Positions 7,137-14,419 of a DNA stretch of 14,419 nucleotides are shown here, piece by piece. The notes below the pieces were generated by a model. That model was not told where the DNA came from. It worked only from the letters and a program-made list of their open reading frames with translations, and ran no database searches. Source of the stretch: a virus (lineage: Duplodnaviria > Heunggongvirae > Uroviricota > Caudoviricetes); IMG/VR virus record IMGVR_UViG_3300029518_000200; one strand, 5' to 3'. The first letter of the stretch is position 1, and each line of letters starts with the position of its first letter. The position numbers were made by a program, and so were the translations under genes.

Positions 7137-7168
7137 AAAAAAAGACAGCTGCCAAACGCAACTGCCTT
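7137..7168 (-). terminator. thyA operon terminator
   Basis: Minus AAGGCAGTTGC-GTTTG-GCAGCTGTCTTTTTTT. Confidence 0.85.
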
Positions 7169-7177
7169 AATTATTAA

Positions 7178-8050
7178 TTATATTCCCAAGTCAAACTTCA
7201 TCTGTGGGTTTTTCTCTTTAATTTTATCAACCGGATAATCCGTTAGCACAAAGTCGTCAATAGTAAATTCGTAAAAATCTGTTTTATCAGTATTAAGTAT
7301 AAGCTGTGGACAGCATCTGACAGATTCCCTTGTAAGCAGGGTTTTGACATTATTAACGTGTCTGTCGTAAATCTGCACATTTTCGATGACATGCGTAAAC
7401 ATACCGGGCTTGAAACCACATACTTTTGCGACCATAAGCTGTAATGCAATATACTGAAGTTCATTGATAGCACAGCTTACCTCGTAATCAGAACTTCTCT
7501 GATTCATAAGCATATCAAGATATAATCCGTCTTCACCCTGTCTTACATTCCAGATAGTTTCATAACAACATGGATTAAGTCCCTTTGTAGTGCCGCCGGT
7601 TTCATCTGAAAAATCGTCTTCCTGCCACATATTTATTATGTGCCTGCGTCCAAATGGGTCCTGCTTGAGTCCATTAAACAGTTTATTCATAAGATTATGC
7701 CGTTTTACTGTAGCACCATAGCGGCAGCCAATTGTTCCATCGCCAATATCCCAGTCGTCCCAGTATTTAATACCCATCTCATGCAGATCGTCAATTTTGT
7801 TGCTCTGCATTTGATATATCCACAGAATTTCTTTTACTGCGCTTTTCCATGCAATCGGTCTTAATGTTTCAACCGGACATTCACCTTTTGACAGATCATA
7901 CTGCTGCATAATATGGTTTATTGAATATGTATAAGCAGGCAGTCCGTCTGAATAATGAGGCCGTGGATTAATATCCAGTGTTCCTTCTTTAAGTATTTTG
8001 TTGAGAACTAATTTGTGATAATAGTCTCCTTTTGTTCCTGTAATTAACAT
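7178..8050 (-). CDS. thyA: Thymidylate synthase ThyA (290 aa)
   Basis: EILW, YWDDW, YG, GRRHIINMW, catalytic PCC, QRSSD, dUMP-specifying Asn (AINELQY), QIYDRH. Confidence 0.95.
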   Translation of the reverse strand: MLITGTKGDYYHKLVLNKILKEGTLDINPRPHYSDGLPAYTYSINHIMQQYDLSKGECPVETLRPIAWKSAVKEILWIYQMQSNKIDDLHEMGIKYWDDWDIGDGTIGCRYGATVKRHNLMNKLFNGLKQDPFGRRHIINMWQEDDFSDETGGTTKGLNPCCYETIWNVRQGEDGLYLDMLMNQRSSDYEVSCAINELQYIALQLMVAKVCGFKPGMFTHVIENVQIYDRHVNNVKTLLTRESVRCCPQLILNTDKTDFYEFTIDDFVLTDYPVDKIKEKNPQMKFDLGI

Positions 8051-8065
8051 AAAATTCTCCTTTAA

Positions 8066-8365
8066 CTAACTTGGCATATCTGCTGGCAGATCCCTTTTAA
8101 GTGTTTCCATAACATCGTTTATTGCTTCCGGATTGTCAGCACACAACTGTTTAAATGTATCAAGCATTTCTACAGGAGTTACATCCATAGTTACTGCTAT
8201 TGAACATATCACATGCAGTGCCATTGTCATAAACGACTCTGTTTTTCCATTCATCTGAATTGATACACTTAAGCCATTGTCAGTATCTTCAGACCATACT
8301 ACAATTGCATTCTTATTTTCTTTCTGTATTGTTTCCATTAAGTTTTTTATTTCTTCCATCATCAT
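8066..8365 (-). CDS. Hypothetical protein (~99 aa; start at 8365 or 8362)
   Basis: AAAGGAG RBS before ATGATGATG. Confidence 0.75.
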   Translation of the reverse strand: MMMEEIKNLMETIQKENKNAIVVWSEDTDNGLSVSIQMNGKTESFMTMALHVICSIAVTMDVTPVEMLDTFKQLCADNPEAINDVMETLKRDLPADMPS

Positions 8366-8462
8366 CCTTCTCCTTTGCGTTTGTTCTGCATGCCTGACTA
8401 TCACATTCTAAGCATGTTAAATATATTACTCTCTCACCGCTTTCCGGACATATTTTTGCCAT
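8313..8462 (-). CDS. Small Cys-rich protein (49 aa, MAKICPESG...CLECDSQAC), probable Zn-binder
   Basis: AGGAG RBS overlapping the upstream stop; four Cys; overlaps the next gene by ~50 nt. Confidence 0.65.
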   Translation of the reverse strand: MAKICPESGERVIYLTCLECDSQACRTNAKEKDDDGRNKKLNGNNTERK

Positions 8463-8472
8463 ATAAAATCTC

Positions 8473-9402
8473 CTAATGCAATTTGATAGTTTCTCCAATA
8501 TTTAACCTCTTTGTTTTTTCAAGAAGCTTGCCATCGAAATTCATACATGACAAAGTATCGCAGATATTGTCATTTGTTTTAAGGCAGTAAACATCTGTAC
8601 ACATGCCAACAAGTCTATATAAATATGTTGAGTTTCTTGACAGCTGCATTCTTTTTGTGTCAAAAGCGTCAGTCATAATAATATGGCTATTAAGCATCCT
8701 GCATCTTTTTGCAAATGTTAAAATCGTATTAAATGTGTTTTCGTCTTCATTGATAAATTCCAATACATCATCAATAAACAGATAGCTTTCCTTTTTGTTT
8801 GCGCAGTTAATAGCCATTCTCTCATATATATAATCAAAGAGACACAGTTCTTTAATCTTGCTTTCTATATCTGATTCGCCAACGGAATAACAGTATGGAA
8901 CATATTTATTATTGTCATTATAATTTTCAAAATACTTGTTTCCACTGCAGATAATACTCATTTTAGATATTGTCTCTGCCACAGTATGAAGTTCCTTAAT
9001 ATCTTCATCAGAAAAAGCATTCTTTTCTTTAAAATATTTAAGGTCAACTTCTTTTTCTGAATACAGTGATGTGATTATCATGCTTAACATTATTGCCTGC
9101 TTTGGTGTAAATGATTTCTTTGCTACTATTTTATGAATATCTTTTAACAAATCTCTTTTATTTACAAGAATGCTATCTTTACATTCACTGACAAGCGTGT
9201 CATTTGTATATATTACGTAAGGATTTACCCTGTGTGTGTATAAATTTTCTTTATTGTCATGACTGATTTCGCCATGAGTATTTATAGCGAATATTTGTAC
9301 ATTTGATCTTTGAAATAAATCATTTACCAGTTTTTTAATCAGAGTTGTTTTCCCGGAAGCAGGTCCACCTGCTATAAAAGTGTTTGCTACTAAATTTTCC
9401 AT
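8473..9402 (-). CDS. P-loop ATPase, VirB4/HerA-FtsK-like and divergent (309 aa)
   Basis: Walker A GGPASGKT, Walker B YLFIDD, then KRCR at the Arg-finger position. Confidence 0.7.
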   Translation of the reverse strand: MENLVANTFIAGGPASGKTTLIKKLVNDLFQRSNVQIFAINTHGEISHDNKENLYTHRVNPYVIYTNDTLVSECKDSILVNKRDLLKDIHKIVAKKSFTPKQAIMLSMIITSLYSEKEVDLKYFKEKNAFSDEDIKELHTVAETISKMSIICSGNKYFENYNDNNKYVPYCYSVGESDIESKIKELCLFDYIYERMAINCANKKESYLFIDDVLEFINEDENTFNTILTFAKRCRMLNSHIIMTDAFDTKRMQLSRNSTYLYRLVGMCTDVYCLKTNDNICDTLSCMNFDGKLLEKTKRLNIGETIKLH

Positions 9403-9419
9403 TGTTTTCTCCTTTTGAT

Positions 9420-9446
9420 ACAGCGGCCGCTGTCGACGACCGCTGT
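9420..9446 (-). other. Intergenic GC-rich stem-loop without a U-tract
   Basis: Minus ACAGCGGTCG-TCGACAG-CGGCCGCTGT, directly before the ATPase RBS. Confidence 0.6.
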
Positions 9447-9451
9447 GCTAA

Positions 9452-10591
9452 TTAAGCTATATAGTCAAGAAAGCTCTTAATATCGTTTTCTCCTGTATAT
9501 GAGCTGAGTTTATGTTTCAGATCTTCTGCCGAATACTTCTTGTCAAGTTCTTTTCCTAAGCGAGCATTCTCAGCAGCAAGTTCTTTATAGTCAATAAGAA
9601 GTTTGTTCTTCTTCATGTATTTCTCGTCAACAATATCACTGCCCCAGATTTCACCGTCAGGGAAAATCTCGTTACAGGCTTCTTTAACAGCCTTTATAAC
9701 AGTATCAGGCATTCCATTATCATCCAGTGTCTTTTCAAGTACATCCTGTGAAATCCTGTAACTGCTTATATCCTCAATTCCATTATCAGAAGCCTGCTTC
9801 TCAATATCAATGTATATTCCAAGAATTGCTGACTCAATGTCTGCACCATCACCAATATTATTTGCTATTGCTGACTGGATTGTATCTCTCTTTTCATCTG
9901 ATGATATTACAGATTTGCAGCCAAGCCCATTCTCAATGAACTCTGTATGAATATCTCTGCTTTTCTTTGAATAAAAAAGAGCAGAATGAACGTCAGTACT
10001 TCTGTCATTAAACGCAGGAAACATAAATGCTGACTCCGGTGCACCTACTACCCAGTCACGCTCTCTTGACTTAATCTGATTCATAGTTTCATTGTAACCA
10101 AGTGCTGCTTTTGATAAGTCAACCGGACACACTGTACAGATAAGATACTTAAATGTCTCTTCTGACTCATCAAGGTTTTTCTTATCCTCTGTCTTTGTCA
10201 TGACATCATAATTGTCAAGGAACAGAACGATAAAGTAGTTTCCTGTATGGTCATAGGTGTCGATTACATGCTCATAATAAGCCGTAAGCATATCTTCATC
10301 TGCTAAATCGCTGTCTCTCAGTGCCATAAGCGACTGCTGCTTTCCGCCAATCTTTTCTTCATCAAGTGGAAAATCAAGGTTGAATAAGTTGTTACCAAGG
10401 CTGCCGCTTAACGATTTCTTTGCAATGTCAAGATACTTGAAAAAATCTTCATCATCCATGGTCAGCATCTGACGGTTGAATGTAAATACAATATTCTTGT
10501 CGGCGTTTACATAGCAGCCTGCTACCTTTGAAATTGTTACGTCGTCTTTTTTAAATCGTTTTCTAAGTTCCAGTATTTCTGTCTTTTTCAT
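9452..10591 (-). CDS. DUF4317 family protein (379 aa)
   Basis: Recognised from memory of the clostridial family: ELRKRFKK...GCYV, SLSGSLGNNL, ICTVCPV, RDWVVGAPESAFMFPAFNDRSTD. Confidence 0.8.
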   Translation of the reverse strand: MKKTEILELRKRFKKDDVTISKVAGCYVNADKNIVFTFNRQMLTMDDEDFFKYLDIAKKSLSGSLGNNLFNLDFPLDEEKIGGKQQSLMALRDSDLADEDMLTAYYEHVIDTYDHTGNYFIVLFLDNYDVMTKTEDKKNLDESEETFKYLICTVCPVDLSKAALGYNETMNQIKSRERDWVVGAPESAFMFPAFNDRSTDVHSALFYSKKSRDIHTEFIENGLGCKSVISSDEKRDTIQSAIANNIGDGADIESAILGIYIDIEKQASDNGIEDISSYRISQDVLEKTLDDNGMPDTVIKAVKEACNEIFPDGEIWGSDIVDEKYMKKNKLLIDYKELAAENARLGKELDKKYSAEDLKHKLSSYTGENDIKSFLDYIA

Positions 10592-10628
10592 TTTTTAGTC
10601 CTTTCTTGTTACATGACTTTTATATATT

Positions 10629-10991
10629 TTAATTATTGAGTACATTGTTAACTGATGCGATAACTTTTTCGGCCTGAAATGGTTTTACAATAAAATCCTT
10701 TGCACCGCGTTTTACCGCATCTAATACCATTGCCTGCTGTCCCATTGCTGAACACATAACAACTTTTGCGTTTGAATTTGCTTCCATTATCTTAGACAAA
10801 CCTTCAAGTCCATCACAGTCCGGCATTGTAATATCCATTGTTACAAGATCCGGATGGAACTCTATATATTTCTCAGCAGCCTCATTACCATTGCCAGCTT
10901 CTGCTACTATTTCATGACCTGCTTTTGTGAATATATCTTTTAACATCATTCTCATAAAAGCAGCATCATCTACTATCAATATTTTTGCCAT
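10629..10991 (-). CDS. cheY: CheY-type single-domain response regulator (120 aa)
   Basis: IVDDAAFMRMM, VTMDITMP (phospho-Asp), MCSAMGQQ, FIVKPF: Firmicutes-type CheY signature. Confidence 0.9.
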   Translation of the reverse strand: MAKILIVDDAAFMRMMLKDIFTKAGHEIVAEAGNGNEAAEKYIEFHPDLVTMDITMPDCDGLEGLSKIMEANSNAKVVMCSAMGQQAMVLDAVKRGAKDFIVKPFQAEKVIASVNNVLNN

Positions 10992-10999
10992 TGTTTTTA

Positions 11000-11596
11000 T
11001 TACTCTCCTTGATTTTGTATAGGGACTGCCTTATACAAAAACATTCCCTTAAAACTCATCTTTTCAACATCTTCCTTTGTATATGTTTTTATTGATGATT
11101 TTTCTTCAGCATCATAAGTGCATAATGTATAAATTTTTTTGTCTTTGTCTACATACATACATAACGAAGCACTGGAATCTGTTACACAAACACTTCCTTC
11201 TGTTAAATTTTCTATATCAAAGGGCTTATATTCAAAGCCTTCATTTATTAACAGTTCTGAAAAATCCTTTGCTGTAATTGTCTTGTCTTTAACATCGGTA
11301 GTGTTATCTGTGATATATTTCATTTTTGTAAGCATTCTGTATATAAATGTACATATATCATCCTGTGAAAACTGTTTATCAATATCTTCTGACTCTGTTT
11401 CCTTTTCTGACTCCGTTTTTTTTACTGATGGAATCTCTGTGTTTTGATTCTCATTGGATCTCTTTTCGTCTATTTGCTCTTTTATGGTTTTATCCTGTAT
11501 TACTGCTTTCTTTGCCAGTGGTCCATTTGCGCATCCTGTCAATGCAGACGTTATCGCAAGTGTAAGAATCAGTGTCGTGAGGTATTTATTCTTCAT
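11000..11596 (-). CDS. Putative lipoprotein (198 aa)
   Basis: MKNK, hydrophobic stretch, lipobox LTGC; AGGAGG RBS. Confidence 0.8.
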   Translation of the reverse strand: MKNKYLTTLILTLAITSALTGCANGPLAKKAVIQDKTIKEQIDEKRSNENQNTEIPSVKKTESEKETESEDIDKQFSQDDICTFIYRMLTKMKYITDNTTDVKDKTITAKDFSELLINEGFEYKPFDIENLTEGSVCVTDSSASLCMYVDKDKKIYTLCTYDAEEKSSIKTYTKEDVEKMSFKGMFLYKAVPIQNQGE

Positions 11597-11609
11597 AATC
11601 AGATACCTC

Positions 11610-12062
11610 CTACAACAAATAGCGAAGTCCGCTTAAATATTTCTCTTTAAGCTTATCCGTCAGAGTGTCTGTTTTATTTAAGTGGTCTTTCATGTCAGCA
11701 ATTTTTACAAACCATGCAAGTTTTCCTGCCGGAGTGTTTACTGAATCTTTAATTCGCTTACAGTATTCATCATAAGACATATTTTCTTTATCATGAGTCA
11801 GCAGCAATAAAGCTGTTTTTAATGGTTCATGTAATGTTTTGTATGCATTTGAATCTGCAAATTCCGTATCTTCACATAAATCATGCAGATAAGCGAGTGT
11901 AATACAGTCGTTTTGTATGTTATTTGGTATCATTCTGTCAGTTTGAACATATTTGGCGACACGTCTTACGTGTTTATATGTTTCTTCCTTATGATATAGT
12001 TTTGCAAGGCTTTTTGCTTCCTGATTAGTCATTACTTTCATGTGTAAAAAATATCCTTTCAT
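11610..12062 (-). CDS. HD-domain hydrolase, RelA/SpoT-HD (small alarmone hydrolase/Mesh1)-like; start may be 12041
   Basis: H-x-x-RVA, AYLHDLCEDT, LLT, VKIAD motifs. Confidence 0.8.
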   Translation of the reverse strand: MKGYFLHMKVMTNQEAKSLAKLYHKEETYKHVRRVAKYVQTDRMIPNNIQNDCITLAYLHDLCEDTEFADSNAYKTLHEPLKTALLLLTHDKENMSYDEYCKRIKDSVNTPAGKLAWFVKIADMKDHLNKTDTLTDKLKEKYLSGLRYLL

Positions 12063-12066
12063 TAGT

Positions 12067-12095
12067 ATAATATTCCACTTTTAAAATCTGTCCAA
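12067..12095 (-). promoter_or_regulatory. Motif B promoter TTGGAC-N17-TATTAT
   Basis: Third exact copy; heads the HD...thyA gene run. Confidence 0.75.
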
Positions 12096-12096
12096 A

Positions 12097-12111
12097 ATAA
12101 ATATGGGTTTT
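12097..12111 (-). promoter_or_regulatory. Motif A copy (AAAACCCATATTTAT)
   Basis: Lies next to the -35 of motif B. Confidence 0.7.
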
Positions 12112-12150
12112 TCTCACAAACAGTAATTTTTCTTTATGTATTCGCAGTAT

Positions 12151-12165
12151 AAAACCCATATTTAT
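12151..12165 (+). promoter_or_regulatory. Motif A copy (AAAACCCATATTTAT) upstream of nrdD
   Basis: Orientation flips with the gene; 46 nt before ATG 12212. Confidence 0.75.
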
Positions 12166-12211
12166 CTATGTAGTCTTTATAAAAGAAAAGTAGAAAAAGG
12201 AGGAAATTGAT

Positions 12212-14419
12212 ATGAAGATTATTAAAAGAAGTGGCATGGAAGTTGATTTTGATGTCACAAAAATAGCGGCAGCAGTCAGAAAGGCAAATAATTCTGTTGT
12301 TGACTATGAAAAAATCTCTGAGGATGAAATCATAAAGTTGTCAGAGACTATTGAGAATGCGTGCAGCAATATGCAGCACACTCCTACTGTTGAGGATATT
12401 CAGGATATGGTAGAAAACCAGCTTATGAGCATGAAGAAGTTCACACTGGCAAGAAACTATATAACATACCGATACAGAAGAGAGCTGGTCCGCAAGTCAA
12501 ACACGACAGACGATCAGATTTTAAGCCTTATTGAGTGTAACAATGAGGAAGTCAAACAGGAAAACTCCAACAAGAATCCTACCGTAAACAGTGTGCAGCG
12601 TGACTACATGGCTGGTGAGGTGAGCAAGGATATTACAAAGAGATTTTTACTTCCAGCTGACATTTGGGATGCACATGAGAAAGGTCTTATCCATTTTCAT
12701 GATGCAGACTATTTCGCACAGCATATGCACAACTGCTGCCTTGTCAATCTTGAGGACATGCTTCAGAATGGCACGGTTATCAGTGGTACTATGATTGATA
12801 CACCAAAGAGTTTTTCTACAACTTGCAATATAGCAACTCAAGTAGTTGCACAAATAGCAAGCGCTCAATATGGTGGACAAACAATAGCACTTTCTCACCT
12901 CATTCCGTTTGTAGATGTTTCTCGTAAAAAGATATACAACAGAATGGTTGCAAATTTCAACAAGATGGGATTAGCTGTTTCCGACTCTAAGTTGAGAAGC
13001 CTTGTTGAAGCTGAACTTGACGAGGAAATTAGTCGTGGAGTTCAGACGATTCAATACCAGCTTATTACTCTTATGACAACAAATGGACAGGCTCCATTCG
13101 TATCTATCTTTATGAACATTGGTGACTGTAAGAGCGAACAGGAGAAAGCTGATTTTGTCAAAGTTTCAGCAGAAATTTTTAATCAGCGTATTAAGGGCGT
13201 AAAGAATGAAAAAGGAATATATGTTACACCAGCATTTCCTAAACTTTTATATGTTCTTGATGAGTGCAATATTCATGAAGACTCGCCATACTTCTGGTTA
13301 ACACAGCTTGCTGCAAAGTGCACTGCAAAGAGAATGGTTCCTGATTATATCTCTGCTAAACAGATGCGTGAGCTTAAGAACGGTAATGTGTATGGCTGCA
13401 TGGGATGTAGATCTTTCCTTACAGTTGACCGCTATTCAGAGACTGTTGGCAACATTTCAAAAGCCAAAAATTTTGATGAGCACAAGGGTCATGTATATTT
13501 TGGCCGTTTCAATCAGGGTGTTGTTACACTAAACCTTGTTGATGTAGCATGTTCATCAGGCCGTGACATGGATAAATTCTGGGAGATACTTGATGAGAGA
13601 CTTGAGCTTTGTCATAGAGCTTTAAGATGTCGTCATGAAAGACTTCTTGGAACAAAATCTGATGTTGCACCAATTCTCTGGCAGCATGGTGGTCTTGCAA
13701 GACTTGGTAAGGGTGAAGTTATTGATCCGCTGCTTTTTAACGGATATTCAACCATTTCACTTGGTTACGCTGGTCTTTGTGAGATGTGCCGTTACATGCT
13801 TGGAAAGTCACATACAGATCCGTCTGCGACACCATTTGCGCTTAAGGTAATGCAGAAGCTTAACGAAGCTTGCAACAAGTGGAAAGCTGCTGAAAATATT
13901 GATTATTCAATATATGGCACACCGCTTGAGTCTACCACTTATAAGTTTGCAAAGTGCTTACAGAAGCGTTTTGGTATCATCAAAGGTGTTACCGACAAGA
14001 ACTACATCACAAACAGCTACCATGTGCATGTAACAGAGCAGATTAATGCATTTGATAAGCTAAAGTTTGAGTCCCAGTTCCAGAAGCTGTCTCCGGGTGG
14101 TGCTATTAGCTATGTTGAAGTACCTGACATGCAGACAAATATTCCAGCAGTAGTTGCTGTTATCCAGTATATTTATGACAATATCATGTATGCTGAACTT
14201 AACACAAAGAGCGATTATTGTGAAGTCTGCGGCTATGACGGTGAAATCAAAGTTGTTGAGGACGAAAAGTCTCACAAACTTGTATGGGAATGTCCACACT
14301 GCGGAAATCGTGACCAGAACAAAATGAGTGTTGCCCGCCGTACATGCGGTTATATCGGTACACAGTTCTGGAATCAGGGAAGAACTCAGGAAATTAAGGA
14401 ACGTGTACTTCACTTATAG
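12212..14419 (+). CDS. nrdD: Anaerobic (class III) ribonucleoside-triphosphate reductase (735 aa)
   Basis: N-terminal ATP cone (IIKRSG...FD..KI), HFHD, HNCCL, QYGGQ, MGCRS, TPLES, CEVC/CPHC Zn site, glycyl-radical loop RRTCGYI. Confidence 0.97.
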   Translation: MKIIKRSGMEVDFDVTKIAAAVRKANNSVVDYEKISEDEIIKLSETIENACSNMQHTPTVEDIQDMVENQLMSMKKFTLARNYITYRYRRELVRKSNTTDDQILSLIECNNEEVKQENSNKNPTVNSVQRDYMAGEVSKDITKRFLLPADIWDAHEKGLIHFHDADYFAQHMHNCCLVNLEDMLQNGTVISGTMIDTPKSFSTTCNIATQVVAQIASAQYGGQTIALSHLIPFVDVSRKKIYNRMVANFNKMGLAVSDSKLRSLVEAELDEEISRGVQTIQYQLITLMTTNGQAPFVSIFMNIGDCKSEQEKADFVKVSAEIFNQRIKGVKNEKGIYVTPAFPKLLYVLDECNIHEDSPYFWLTQLAAKCTAKRMVPDYISAKQMRELKNGNVYGCMGCRSFLTVDRYSETVGNISKAKNFDEHKGHVYFGRFNQGVVTLNLVDVACSSGRDMDKFWEILDERLELCHRALRCRHERLLGTKSDVAPILWQHGGLARLGKGEVIDPLLFNGYSTISLGYAGLCEMCRYMLGKSHTDPSATPFALKVMQKLNEACNKWKAAENIDYSIYGTPLESTTYKFAKCLQKRFGIIKGVTDKNYITNSYHVHVTEQINAFDKLKFESQFQKLSPGGAISYVEVPDMQTNIPAVVAVIQYIYDNIMYAELNTKSDYCEVCGYDGEIKVVEDEKSHKLVWECPHCGNRDQNKMSVARRTCGYIGTQFWNQGRTQEIKERVLHL

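Noticed and set aside
7178..8050. dCMP/dUMP hydroxymethylase (DNA modification) or intron-containing thyA
   Set aside because: The dUMP-specifying Asn and other ThyA motifs are present in an uninterrupted, normal-length ORF.
12647..14413. Short ORFs inside nrdD; intein or intron in nrdD
   Set aside because: Alternate-frame shadows; NrdD length and motif order look normal.

Overview
AT-rich, gene-dense segment that looks like a large mobile replicon (jumbo phage or megaplasmid) of a Clostridia/Lachnospiraceae-type host; no capsid, rep or integrase gene is in view, so that assignment is inferred. Recognisable genes are thyA, anaerobic ribonucleotide reductase nrdD, an orphan cheY, a RelA/SpoT-type HD hydrolase, DUF4317, a VirB4/HerA-like ATPase, a lipoprotein and a DHH-like gene split by one in-frame TGA; the rest are hypotheticals. 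All but nrdD are on the minus strand. Two recurring upstream motifs organise transcription: AAAAYCCATATWYAT (7 copies) and TTGGAC-N17-TATTAT (3 copies). The best candidate for a new system is a ~790-nt, GC-richer, heavily base-paired stretch with no credible ORF (~3584->2797, minus). It has its own promoter and terminator and is most simply read as a large structured ncRNA that I cannot assign to a family. It lies next to a ~0.9 kb AT-rich repeat region that could be an origin or protein-binding array.
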